Source: Paramecium tetraurelia (lineage: Eukaryota). Taken from it: DNA of 64,000 nucleotides. The stretch spans positions 186,001 through 250,000 of the forward strand of contig CT868241.1 of NCBI GenBank assembly GCA_000165425.1, in the 5' to 3' direction. Numbering within the stretch: the stretch's first letter is position 1; every line of letters begins with the position of its first letter. Below the pieces are notes generated by a model. It did no database searches and was not told the origin of the DNA. It saw only the letters and a list, made by a program, of their open reading frames with translations. A program made the position numbers and the translations under genes. Below are positions 1-12,558 of this stretch, piece after piece.

Positions 1-1035
1 CTCTTACATAACCATGTCTCTCAGCATAATCAAGGTGCCTATATTAGGGACTTCCAACTCTTTAGTTTTAATGTGCTTTAAAGACACTGTTGGACTTACC
101 CTTTCTTTATGCTAACAATGATAAACAAATAAAACTCACTTCTTATTCTCTTGCCCATATTTAAAAAGATTTTTTTAAATTTTAATATATACTTTCAATC
201 ACTTTCCAACTCTTAGTGTCTTCCATAGTCTCTCGTATTTATTAAAATGCAAATTACTCATACTTTCTTAAAATCTTTCTTTACTCAAACTCTGATATTC
301 AAGTAAATCCACACTATTTCCATACTTTTAGTTTATTTCCTTAATGCTTTCTACTCTTGAGGAAATATCCCTTTTTTCCATTGATTTGACCAACTCGCTC
401 ATAAAATTCGGTTCTCTTTTACTTCCTTTTTCGTAGGTTGGGATACTTTAAGTCTGTAAATCGAATTGCTCATGTTTCTTTATCATCCTTTCAAGTTTTG
501 ACTATTTAAATGCTAAATATTTATCTTCTCCTTATTGCATCTCCTAACCTTAAGGCTTCGAGACTTACCAAATACAAAATCATTACGCGTTTTAATTTAT
601 TGGTTCTATTTCGTTAAGAAGAACCCGTCAGTATATTTGCTTTTCAGATATTGCATTTATCTGAAATCTAAGCATTTAAATGAACGATGAGACTCACTCT
701 AGAAACTACCTCCAAACTTTGTCTTCCTCTAACCTAACTTCTCCATCTCTTTTTTAATGTACTTCTATCTGTTACTGAATCTATTTGTAAGAAACATGTT
801 AATCTATTCCTATTTATCCTATCTAGGCTCCAAAAAACTAGAAGTATGGATTTCTTGCTCCTTTTGCCTACTCAAAACATTCTCACTATATTCTAACAAA
901 TTTTCATAATCATTTTACTCTACCCTTCTTTCTTAGTGTTCCAATTTGTCTGTTCTCCTTAAATCCAAGTATTTGTTTGAGTTACTGTTGCACCTCAATT
1001 CCCCTTTTTGTCACGGTGATTCTTTCGTATTCCAT
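1..1035 (-). CDS. Hypothetical charged/coiled-coil protein, 3' end runs off the window
   Basis: ATG at 1035 (MEYERITVTKRGIEVQQQLKQILG...); frame continues across a ~31-nt GT..AG intron with TAA/TAG=Gln; no recognisable domain. Confidence 0.6.
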
Positions 1036-1049
1036 TATTAATAAATTTA

Positions 1050-1794
1050 ATGTTCTCAATGTTTAAAAAGAAAGAGCAGGCCCAATAGTCAACTGCTCCT
1101 CCCCCGCCACCCATCTAATAATAATAGTAAGCTCCATAGCAGCCTCCAGTTGTTCCCCCTCAGCAATCTGCCCCTAAAGGATCAATGTTCAAAGGAAGCC
1201 TTAAAGTAAAGGCACCACCTCCTTAAACATCAGAAATATTATAATAGTAGACGTAGCCCCAAACACAACAGACATAATTAACTTAATCTTAATCCAATTC
1301 AGATATCTTATCCCCAGAGAGTGATGCTTACAAGCAATAATTTAATTAGGTGGAAATACCTACTACATAAGAAGAATCCAATGTTGAGCAAAAAGTAGAA
1401 GTGAAATTAAATGTAGAAGAGGTCAAAAAGAAGCCAACTGGCTTTGGGTTTTTAAAAAAAAAATAGCCTGAACAAGCACTTCCTACAGATGAATCATTAC
1501 AAGAATAGGTGGAAAGCCAGATTACTTATGGAATTTAAGTTAAACAAAATTAGGTGCAAGAAGTCAATCGATAATAGGAGTACACGTAGGAGTAATCCTA
1601 TTAATAAAATTACTCTCCAAAGTAGCCAAAAGAATTGAGTAATAATGAGGATTAAAAAAAACAGATCTATAAGTAAAATGAACATAATGAAAGGGAGATT
1701 GAATAATAATAATAATATCAATAATTATAGTAATACTAACAACAGTAATAATTGTAATTATAATAATAACAATAACAATAATAACAATAATAAC

Positions 1795-1836
<42 letters not shown>

Positions 1837-3965
1837 CATAATAATTCTTATACTAATCCTAAACTAATTCAATTTCACCATTAAAGAGTTCTATCATTAA
1901 TAAAAGTTAGATTATTTAAAATTCGACCAATCCTCAACTTGATAATTCTTATGTAAAACAACATTAAATGATTATGGAAGAATTGGAGTACTTCCAAACC
2001 GAAGCTAATAAAAAGAAAGCTCAAATTTACATATCTCAATAAGAGATTGAGAAGCACATCGTTCAATATCAACTTAAATTATAAGAGTATAATAGTCGAC
2101 TTACTCAATTATCCATTGAGTAATAAGTTTGTGCACAATAGGAATAATTTGAGAAAGCAGAGGAAATAGAACAGTCCTTAAAATAAATTTAAGATAAAAT
2201 CACTTAAATAGATAATTAGATCAAATAAGAAGAATTATAGTACACTAAATTATAGGATGAGAAGGAAAATATAAGAGGGGAAGAATATCCATTCTATTAA
2301 GAAACCGAATAAAAACTAGAAGAAATTGAAAGATTACATATCAAATATAGTGATTAATACAGATTTGAAGGATAGGCCTCAATTAAGAAATTGCAATAAC
2401 ACATCGAAGAAGAAAATGAGAGAGTGAAAATCTAATAAATTCACACTGAGATTGATAGTAAGCATTTAGATGAAGAGGAATAACATTTGAATCAAATTAT
2501 GGATAATCAAACTAAGGAATATAGAATCGAGTAAGACCAATTAATTAATAAAAAGTCATCTCTGGAATCTGAGATTGCAGAATTGCAATTACTATTAAAT
2601 CAAAAGAAAAATGAGTTATAAAAGGTGAATGTTGATCTACATTCAACCAAAGAGAAAATTTAATAAGTGCAATAAAAATTCAATTTATAATTAAGTAAAG
2701 TTTAAAACAAGAGAACAAAACTTAATGATGAGCTCAATAGTTTAGCCACTGAAAGAGCCCAGATTGAAGCCCTTGAAGGAGATAGTCTTAGAAAATAACA
2801 CGAATATAAGAATAAACTGGAATACTTATCATAATAATTGGAAGCGATTAAAGAGAAAAGAAACGAACTCATACGAAAAGCCAATTTAGTACCTGAATAA
2901 TGCCAATAAGAATTGGATGTAACATTCAAGTATTAAGAGGCTAAAAAAGCCAGCTTAGAAGCATTGAAGGAGTTAGCATAGGTTTAGAGGTAAATTGATG
3001 AATTGAATTACAAGAGGAATATGGGATAATCTTAATTGCATGAAATTCTAAATAAAAAAAGTGAACTTTAGAAGAAATTGCCTAAGATGATTGATGATAA
3101 GGCATTATTAGTGCAGAACAAAAACTTTAAAGGTGCTGCATAAATTAATGAATAAATAAAAGAAGTTTAGAGGTAGATTTCTTTATATGAAGAGAAAATA
3201 TCAGAGAATCAAACTATTGAAACTCAAATTCTAAAAGAAATTGATGAAATAGAGGATTCCTTATTGTCTAGATAACACCAATATTAATAATTGTAATAAA
3301 ATGCCGAAATTTGCAGATATTTTGTTTTAGAATTGAAGTTGCAAGAGATTTAATAGATTGATTATTATGGGTTATCATACTTAGTGTTAGATGTATTATT
3401 ATAAATTTAATTAATTTTAGATTAAAAATGAGTTGGAATAATTATTTAATAAATATTAGGATTTAATTTATGCAAATAGAAAGGTTTCAGTTGATAATGT
3501 AGATTAGGTGTAGGATCATGAATAAGAGGTTATCGACAATAATGTTAATGAAATTGAGGATTAATAAGAGCATTAATACGAATAACATTAAGAAGAGGAT
3601 AATCAAGTGGAAAATGAATAGATTGAATAGGTTGTTGAATAGGTTATTGAATCAAATGAATAAGAATAAATTTAATAATCATAAGAAGTTGTAGTTGAAA
3701 TGAGTGAAGAAGAAATTTAAAATTATATTAATAATCAAAAGTAGATATATTTGGATATTTAATAAAAAGTATAGTAATTAGAAGAATAGGTCTCAGATCA
3801 TTGTTAGGTAATTATTGTGATTAATTAAAGAAAGAGCAATATGAGGAAGCTGACTAGATTCAACAAGAAGTAGATACTCTTACACAATAAGCTAATGGAA
3901 TACAAATAGAACTTAAATAGAAATATAATGTAGATATATTATAGCCAGAAGATCAAGAGAATTGA
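1050..3965 (+). CDS. Pro/Gln-rich, long coiled-coil protein with three UVR-like motifs
   Basis: MFSMFKKKEQAQQSTAPPPPPIQQQQQ...; motifs QEQFEKAEEIEQSL, NKNFKGAAQINEQI, EQYEEADQIQQEV; short introns near 3390 and 3808; TGA 3963-3965. Confidence 0.75.
1761..1835 (+). repeat. (TAA/CAA)25 trinucleotide run encoding polyglutamine
   Basis: In frame with ATG 1050 (offset 711); 25 consecutive TAA/CAA codons. Confidence 0.9.
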
Positions 3966-4058
3966 TCTGTTTTTAATTTTTATTATTGATTAATATAAAA
4001 AACAAATGTTGAAATAATCTATGAGTCTTTATAAATGGCAATTTATATTAATAGATGT

Positions 4059-6183
4059 TCAAATAAGCTCAAATAAATCTGTCTTGTTACTATTATTATT
4101 TTTATTGTTATTAACAGGAGGATCATCGAAATTTAAAAGATCAATATCTTATTATTACTCCTTTTGGATATTTTACTGATTTTCATCTTATTGTTCTTTG
4201 ACCTAGGTTTCTGGTTTCTCTTCTCCTTTGTAAATCTTAACTTCCTGTTAATTGCTTCAAATGTGAATAAATAAATACTTGACTTTAATTTTGATGTTCT
4301 TATACAATTGATGTGGTAGTTTGTGGAATAGATTGCTGATGCTCCCCATATTTTCTAAAGCTAAAACTAAATCTTAGGTTTCCCATAAGCGTAGATCCTT
4401 TGAAAAATTGGAGAAGGTTCCACTATTAAAGCAAACTAAGTTCTTAACAATTTCAGGGTCGGTTGACAACAATCTCCAATAAATATAGGTTCTATCCCTA
4501 ACATCAGGATTAAATGAGTCTTTGGCAGATACGATCAACTATTAGATAAGAGCAGAACATTATGATGGATATTTGAGATATAATTAGACTGCTGAAGTAA
4601 GTAATTAGAGTTAAACTAATCTATCTTCCATTTAGAAATTATCGATATACTCTTTCATTTTTTCTACTGATTTAGGAATGAATTCACCAAATTCTCCTAC
4701 AATCCATGCACATGCACTCTATCACTATCAATAAACTTAATTACTTTAGATTCTGATTCATTTGCATAATCGATGATAGAATATATGACTTTTAGACTAT
4801 CTTCATGTTTATACATCTATTTGCTCTTTTTGTAAATAAGTTGCATTTAAATGAGCAATTCTTAGACTGGCTCAGTTGGTGATTAAATGTTTTTAGCAAA
4901 TTCCACTAAAATAGAGACTGCTCTATCAATTAAGAATATCATTTTACTTATCCAAGGCTTTGTCATAAGTGATTGCTATTTTTCCAATTGACTTAATAGT
5001 CTTTCTGACAAAATGAGGATCGGCTTCATTTAAATAAATGAGAAGTTCATTAAGAACTTAAGCAAAGTTTTTGGAATCACAAATTCTAACCATGATATCC
5101 AATTTCTCGTATTTGATATAATAGGGTTCATTAAATGAACAGAAAAACACCTTAACATCGTTTTCGAACAAGATTGGGAACTTCTGTAAAATCAAAGAGA
5201 TGTTTCTTAGGATTGTGTATTATACTTCTGGTTGATTCCAAGATAATAGGGAAATTAAAGAGGGTGCCACTTTCTTACATAAATTCTTAACTAGTTCTCC
5301 ATTATCTAAGAAATCCAAATATTTGAGTATAACCTTAACAGCACAAAATGTAACAGTTGGATTTATGTGACTCAGTCTTGGTAGTGTTCTTTCTATTATT
5401 ACTTCAGCTTATTTTGAATCCTATGGATTATAAGTGGCTAAATAATCCAAAATAAATATCTATCCCCATTCAATGCATTCATCAACAGCCAATAACAACT
5501 TTTAAATGATCTTCTGGTTCAAATTGATAATTTATTTGCCACTTACAACCTCAATTTCTCTCATTGATTATATCAAATTAGCCAAAACTAATGCATTTGA
5601 TTCCTTCTCTAATAACTTCTACAGAATTTCCAACAACGGAGGACATATCTCAGGGGACACTTCATATACCTAAAAGGAATCAAATTAGTATCTACTTTTG
5701 GGACACACAACACTGCAGTTTTACGGACATAAGGGTCATCATCCTATATACAATCTTTAAGAGGCTCTATTAAATATTCATTAAGTTTCGGTACTCTCAA
5801 GCACCCGAAAGTCCTTATGGCTAGTGCTCTTACCAAAGGATTCTCTGATTTTCTCACATCCTTCCTAAAATTTTGTATCACCATTATGGCATCATCTGGC
5901 TTTTATCTGGAATAGTTGACAATATATAAATAAATCTAAGGAATAATCATTTATCATTACTAGTTTTTTCATCTCTATGTCATTAAATTCTAAACACTTT
6001 ATGACAGATTGAAATAGATCTGATACGTCTTTGCCCACTGTCATATAAGCAATCACCTTCTTAACAGCCTACACAATTGTTGTTAATCATTACTTCTTTC
6101 TTCTTTTCAAAATTCAGATCATTTAAATCAGCATAAAGCTCTTGCAATTCTCCACGCTATGGATTATTTCCAAAATAAGCCAT
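4059..6183 (-). CDS. Adaptor complex beta subunit (AP-1/AP-2 beta-adaptin); trunk plus hinge, no appendage
   Basis: [63 protein letters not shown]; hinge clathrin box DLLNFDD; several tiny introns; ends DLFELI-TGA. Confidence 0.92.
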
Positions 6184-6223
6184 TTAAATATTAAAAATTT
6201 ATATATAAAAACTCTAATTATAT

Positions 6224-7018
6224 TCATACTTCTAATTCTTTAATGCCCTCCAAACCCCCCTTTTTAATACTAAAATATCTATCATCCCCCTTTGGAACAT
6301 CAGCTTCTGTAGGGTTAATCCTAATCATAATAGATTATTTCATATTATCTAGTATTCTATCGCCTAAATTTCTGATGCTTGGAATTGCAGTACCTGCTCC
6401 AATCTCTATTACACAAACCTTATTGGTTTTGTTTTTCTCTACAAAATCAAAGAATCGTTTCTCCTACTGATCGTATATAGATGAAATCCAATCCCAATCA
6501 CCAAACATCAATATATTAGGTCTTAATAAACGCTTGCATTCACATTTAGGCAAAGGATCAGCTGCTGAAAACTTCTCTAGATCAATTGATAAATCTTTAA
6601 ACTAATGAGCATCATATAATTTATCACATGGAGTACATTAGAATTTATGAATTGATCCATGCATTTCATAAATATGATTACTATCAAATCCAGCCTTCTG
6701 AAACTGTCCATCCACATTACTTGTTATTACAAAGTAATCCCTATTTTAGAATATTTTTTTGAGTATCTAAAATCCATCATGAGGAACGGCATTTCGATAC
6801 ATATGTAATCGATGTCCATAAAATCCCCAAAATAAGTTAGGATTATAATCCATAAATGATGGATTAGCGCAATCTGTAAATCCAAATTTGTTTTCAAAAG
6901 GTCTATATACTGTCCAAAATCCCTTGTTACCTCTAAAATCAGGTAGACCTGAATCAACTCCCATACCTGCTCCAGCTGTGATAATAAATGCTTAGCACTC
7001 TTTGATGTATTTTTACAT
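6224..7018 (-). CDS. Sir2-family NAD+-dependent deacylase, bacterial-like subgroup, intronless (264 aa)
   Basis: TAGAGMGVDSGLPDFRGNKGFW, TSNVDGQFQKAGF, EMHGS, CTPC..CEC, RPNILMFGD, EIGAGTAIPSIR, IRINP; 795 nt single open frame. Confidence 0.93.
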
Positions 7019-7864
7019 TGATAGAAATTATAATTATTAATTTTAGAATTGAACTCCTATTATATATCAAAAAATTATTTTTATAAAATATTTTATCATC
7101 TAAATGTTATGTATTTGGAAACATAGAACTCATATATATTAGCTATATCTGAACTAACGGATTGCTTGTACCAGCTATAATAGAGCAATTCAAAAAGCGA
7201 TATTCGTGTTAAATGTAATCTAATTTAAATAACATAATTAATTAGCCTCCTTAGTAATTTTAAAATCAAGAAAATTTCAAATTTAAGATAATTTAGTTAT
7301 GCTTCTAATATCAGATATTCTAATTTAAATTCATTGATTTTTCAAAGTAATATAAACGATATTAAGTAAAATTTTATAAACCCAACAAGAGTCAATTATC
7401 TAAATCATTATATAGGATGAGTTGTATGAGAATCATTATCTTAAGAAAAAATTCAATTTTATATTATAGTTGCGGTAGTTCATAATCATAAATAATGTGG
7501 AGATGAATAGAGAATAGAATTTAATTTACAATTTGTTGTTTTAAATACGGTTTGAAACAAGGAATTCAAAAGTAGTTATTACTAAGTCTCTAAAGGTGTT
7601 GAAAATCAAAGGTATATGAATTAAAAATCATAGGTTGGCATAATAATATGATTTAATTATTAATTATAATAATTTTATCTTTTTGAAATTTAATAACGAT
7701 TTTAAAATGGTAAAATATAAAAGTGTCTCGATAGATATCACAAATGATATTAATTTTAACCTGATCTTAGTGAAAGAAATAAAAAACTTCAGATATCAAT
7801 GATTAATTTAAGGTTGGTTCAAATATATTTGCAAATATTAAGATATTGAAATAAATTTAATTAA

Positions 7865-8861
7865 ATGATTCTTTCCAGAGGGTTGAAACAACAATTCAGA
7901 TAGGTTACTATCTAAACATTTGCTAATACAACAAGAGTACCTAATCCATTTGCTCATCATCACGATGATCATGGACACGAACATGAGGATCATGGACATG
8001 GTCATGACAGTCATGGAACAAAACATTTGGGGAGCAGACCAAAGGTTGAATATAATACCATTACTACCTTTTTAGACCACAAAAATTTGTATACTTATTT
8101 TGAGTGTAATTTTTTATAATGAATTTATAGAGGGACCTGGATATATGTATTATCCAGGAGTGAATTATAACGAGGCTCACGGTAAGCCATATGACTGGAG
8201 AGATGATCCCAAATATAATCCGGATTACTTAACTCCAACAAAGAATATCGGTTGTCCAGATCCAAAAACATATGTTTGGCCATTCGAAGGAAAATTTGAA
8301 CCCTTCAACCCTTCTGAAGCATTGCCTCAAAATCATCTATATGATCCAACCCTACTATTAAAGCCAGAAAACAAATAGATTGGTCAACCAATACAACATT
8401 TGACTGCAGCTCAATAGGATTAAGATGCAGATGTGAACCATGAATTTGATTACGAATCTGAAGATTGCGATTTTTAGACAGAAAGCTTCAGAACATAGCA
8501 TTTTAGAAAGAGAGGACCAATGTGGCCATGGGCTCTAATAGCCACAATGCCATTTGTATATTTCTGTAAAATTAACCCTCTAATAATATATAGGGGTTGA
8601 ATTCTTATATCAGAGATATCCAGATGAAGATCATTGGAGAATAACTCACCCACCTCCTCTTAACTATCCTGATAGTGAAGTATAAATTGAGATAGAAATT
8701 AGGACACTGATGATACAGATACATATTAAGATTACCATTCACCAAGTGGAAGATTTTTGAGAGACATAGGAATAATAGGAGATTTATGGTTTGACATAAA
8801 GGATGGTAAGAAAGTGATGAATAAATGGGCAGGATGCAATCAACCTTTGCCAGATATTTGA
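7865..8861 (+). CDS. Probable mitochondrial single-pass membrane protein with a His-rich segment
   Basis: Arg-rich, acid-free N-terminus MILSRGLKQQFRQVTIQTF; HHHDDHGHEHEDHGHGHDSHG; one TM segment (WPWALIATMPFVYFWVEFLY); introns at ~8106-8130, ~8566, ~8680; TGA 8859-8861. Confidence 0.7.
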
Positions 8862-8903
8862 AATTATAAATCATTATAGCTATCTGCATTATTAATATTA
8901 AAT

Positions 8904-9745
8904 TCATTCGAATGAAGTGGATTCTTTCTTCTTTGTTAATTACATGCCTTTTTTAGGAGCTTATTTCACATTAGATTTTTGAGTCACTTGGGATTATGAT
9001 TGTGTACTTAAATTTTCATTGATTACTTCAGGTTTTGGTGCTGGATTTACTTTTTCTAACTTCATTACTATTTAAATACCCTCATTTTATGGTAACTTGA
9101 ATGCATTATCAATAGCTTTGGATTGTTTTTAATTCCTTTTCTAAGCTAATTCTTCTTATCTTTTCCTTTCCATTTCCATCTAATGTTTTTTGGCTTATTC
9201 TTTTGCTTCATTTTCCTAATGTCTTATAATGACCTTTTATTACTCTTGCTTTGGTTAACATCAAATGGATCTTCTCTTCTGAACTTTCCATTTCAAGAGC
9301 TGTCTACACTTAACTTGTAGTTGTGCTTTCTCTCAACCCTGCTGATATTATATCGTCAATAGCTAAAAGAATCTCAAAACTATTCTTTTTTATTGACTCC
9401 TCGCTAACTATACATTTGTACAAACAATACTTTATTAGCAGATATCAGAGAGGACATTCTTCAATATCCTTAATACTTCTAAATCCTCAATTATATTGCT
9501 ATTTTTTGAAGTAATCAAAACTATATAAATGTTATCTATTGGAGTGTATATATATCTCTGATTCTCGTGATCTATAAATGTATGCTATTAAGTTGGTGAA
9601 ATCAATTTAGGAAAATTACGAACTTGCTAAATATAATTACAAATATTCTTACTTCCCTTAATTCATTTGTTGTAATTCCTTAAAATTATCTACCTATAAA
9701 AAGGATTCCATTTTTATCACATATCGCTGCTGAGATAATAACCAT
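8904..9745 (-). CDS. Coatomer subunit delta (delta-COP): longin domain and helical region only, ~270 aa
   Basis: MVIISAAICDKNG..GRQF, QHTFID..RYIYTPIDNIYIVLITSKNSNIIEDLEVLR, LEMESSEEKIH, terminal KGMQL motif; one intron ~9624-9652. Confidence 0.9.
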
Positions 9746-10241
9746 CTTACGTGTATTAATATAATATAAAATAATTATTTTATTATTCTTAGTGATTCCT
9801 CATATTGGATAGTGAATAGAATTTATATAGATAATCCATTTGTTTTACTATGGAGATAGATGAAATTTGATTATTACTGGGATTCCAAATTTGATAATCA
9901 TTTTTATTACCAAATAAATAGAACAACTTCATTTGGTAGTAATGTTAGACAAAATAAACAAGTACCTTTGAATAAGGATGTTATTTTAGATTCTATTTAA
10001 ATTATTAAATTATTTATAATCAAATATTTATAATCTCAATCCCTAAAACATCAAATTGAATAGATCATCTGGTTTTAATAGCCTAGGTCACTTTTTTTAT
10101 TAAATATGTATTGATATATAAATGAACTCCTATTTTATCTGTGAATTGATGGGTTCTTCTGTTTAAAATGAAACAAATGTTCGATTATATTAATGTATAA
10201 AAACGGTATTTAAATCAATATTTTTATTATCGAACAAAAGA

Positions 10242-11493
10242 ATGAAAAGTATATCAGGAGTATTAGTCATTCTGCTTCTAAGTCAGAGTGTTTTCTGCAG
10301 CCCTAAGAAAATCAATACAGATTTTTTGAATTTGCTTAGTTCTAAAACTAAATGTGATGAGTTCTTAGGATGCCATTCAATCAGTCCTTACTTTATTAGA
10401 GGATCTATAGGGAGCAAATGTTGAAGCTCAAGACAAAGCTGATCTCACATTTTAACGATTTGAACAAGCCATTTTGCAAGACATCAATGAGTTCTCAGGA
10501 ATTGTCAATGTCAATTCCAAGAGTGCTGCTGCAGCTCAATAAGACTTGGAAGCTGTCGAGTAATTGTTTATCTTTCAACTTAAAGCCTTAAAATCCAATA
10601 AACAACAGACTACTTGAATTGGAATAACAAGCGATACAAGGCAAATGAAGTTAAGCTTGAAAATTTAGCTGAATAAAGATGCGAAGCCAATGCCTTGTTC
10701 ATTGACACATTGAGAGAATATAAGAATGCACTTTCCGTCCTTGATTGGGTAAGAAGCGATGCACAAAGCAAACAAAGCACATTAATAGAAAAGAGCCACA
10801 TCGGAGATTATGCAGAGAAATTGAGCAAGTATGCTAATCTATTTGAAGAATAAGCAGTCTAAGATTTTGTCAAATTAGGTGAAGAAGAAGTCTCTTTCGC
10901 ATAGACAAGTACAAAATACTAGATAATGCATTTAGGATAACATGGAAACGGCCAATAAATAGCCTCATTAGTAGAAAAGGATGTCGTAGGAATTATTCAA
11001 TAATTAATTGAGAAATTAAGAGATACCATCAAGAGTCTTGAAGAACAAGAAATTCAATCAGCCAACGATTTCGCTGATTTCAAGACAAATTTATTGGCTG
11101 AATAGGAATCTCTTAAGCAAGAGTATGATGCCAAAGCCAAATTCTTGAATTCCTTACAAAATGACAAGGAATTGGCCTCTGACATCTTGACCAAAAAAAA
11201 AGAACTTTAAGATTAAAGCATGAGAATCTTGAGCTTGACTTAAGGTACTTAGCAATCTATATTATCTATTAGAGGAATACAATTACAAGAAGAAATTATA
11301 CAACTCAGAAAAAGGCAAAAGACATGAAGGAAACTAGTTATTAGAAGAATCACTTCTAATTTACAGGGAAAAGATGGCTACCGTAAATGAATACTTGAAA
11401 AAGAGAGTTAACGAATATGTTGGAGAATCCCTTGTTGAAGAACATGCTGTCAGCAATCAAGCTCCAGTTCAAAATAGAAAGGGAAAATAATGA
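10242..11493 (+). CDS. Trichocyst matrix protein precursor-like; apparent 1-nt frameshift at ~10345 (assembly error or young pseudogene)
   Basis: Signal peptide MKSISGVLVILLLSQSVFC; heptad helices DAIQSVLTLLEDLQ, RCEANALF, IIQQLIEKLRDTI..EEQEIQS; three tiny introns; TGA 11491-11493. Confidence 0.75.
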
Positions 11494-11519
11494 TAAAAAC
11501 ACACACATTAAAATTATAA

Positions 11520-12485
11520 TCATTCTAAAGGTTGCTTCTTTCATTGTTTTAAATTAATCCTTCTTCTAATTAGAATGATATTTCTAATCTGAATTTAGAT
11601 TAATGGAGAATTCGTTACATCTCCAGACTCAAATGGATGTATAGATCCTTATTCTCCATAAGAAACTATTTGAAATTGATCTATTAATAACCAAATAAGG
11701 GTTTAGAGATTTTTTTTAAAAAGGAATTCTATCCTTATGATGATATGTCTTTTATGTTTATATCCTCAATTAGCCATCGAATACTAATCAAATCATTTTA
11801 TTGTTATGTTGTATCAATTTACTATTTTAATTAACATATCCGAATTTTGCTTTAAAGTCTTCATATTTAACAATTTAATAGGCCTGGTTATATATATTTA
11901 TTTAATTTAATGACCTTTTAATTAGCTTTAGTTTTTTGAAGTTTCTTTGCTTGTTAATTAAATTTGATCCATTTTTTTTAAATAATCTCATGACTGATTC
12001 CTTAAAAATCAAACATGATCACTATATAAAAGTAGTTAATAAAGAATTCTACTTTGAACTCTTTGTTGGTCTCTTTGATTTTAATGAAATTCATTTTTAA
12101 TCTCTAATCATCAATACTAATAATCTATTCTCTTAAAATTTGTTAAGCATTTATTTTACCCATTCATTTGTCTCAACCAATTCTTCAAGACCTATATCTA
12201 CTTTGTTGACACTATCTCCTTTTGAGGAATGCTATGATGATAAAGAATAAAAGCTTTTGCTCACAATTAAGCTTATTATGAATCTTCTAATTCATTAAGT
12301 TTTATTAAGAATTAACTTCATAGGCCACATAACAATTGTCTTTCTTTTATTAACTTAATACATCAATGGTAAAATGATATGACTTGAATAGCTCTCTGAT
12401 ATATCAATCTGATTCATTAATTTACTTTTTCTTTTTTTCTATTTCCAAATTTTAAATTTTGGATGTTCTCTAAAACTCCATCCAT
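11520..12485 (-). pseudogene. Degenerate hypothetical gene
   Basis: Coding-like composition and an intron-like GT..AG near 11885-11915, but I could not join a continuous frame (TGAs and shifts around 12200-12420); boundaries approximate. Confidence 0.3.
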
Positions 12486-12558
12486 CTTTAACCAACTAAA
12501 AATAGAGCACTTGACGTATATCAATATATATATTATTGTACTATGTTTATTAATGATA

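Noticed and set aside
1497..1884. Poly-Asn, poly-Ile and Leu-rich ORFs in the supplied track
   Set aside because: Off-frame or antisense readings of the (TAA/CAA)n polyglutamine tract of gene 1050-3965
7160..7190. Small inverted repeat ATTGCT..AGCAAT as an ncRNA hairpin
   Set aside because: A 6-7 bp stem is expected by chance in AT-rich DNA; no tRNA or snoRNA motifs
10340..10350. Euplotes-style programmed +1 frameshift at AAA
   Set aside because: That mechanism needs AAA followed by a stop codon; here AAA is followed by ACT and TAR codons are sense
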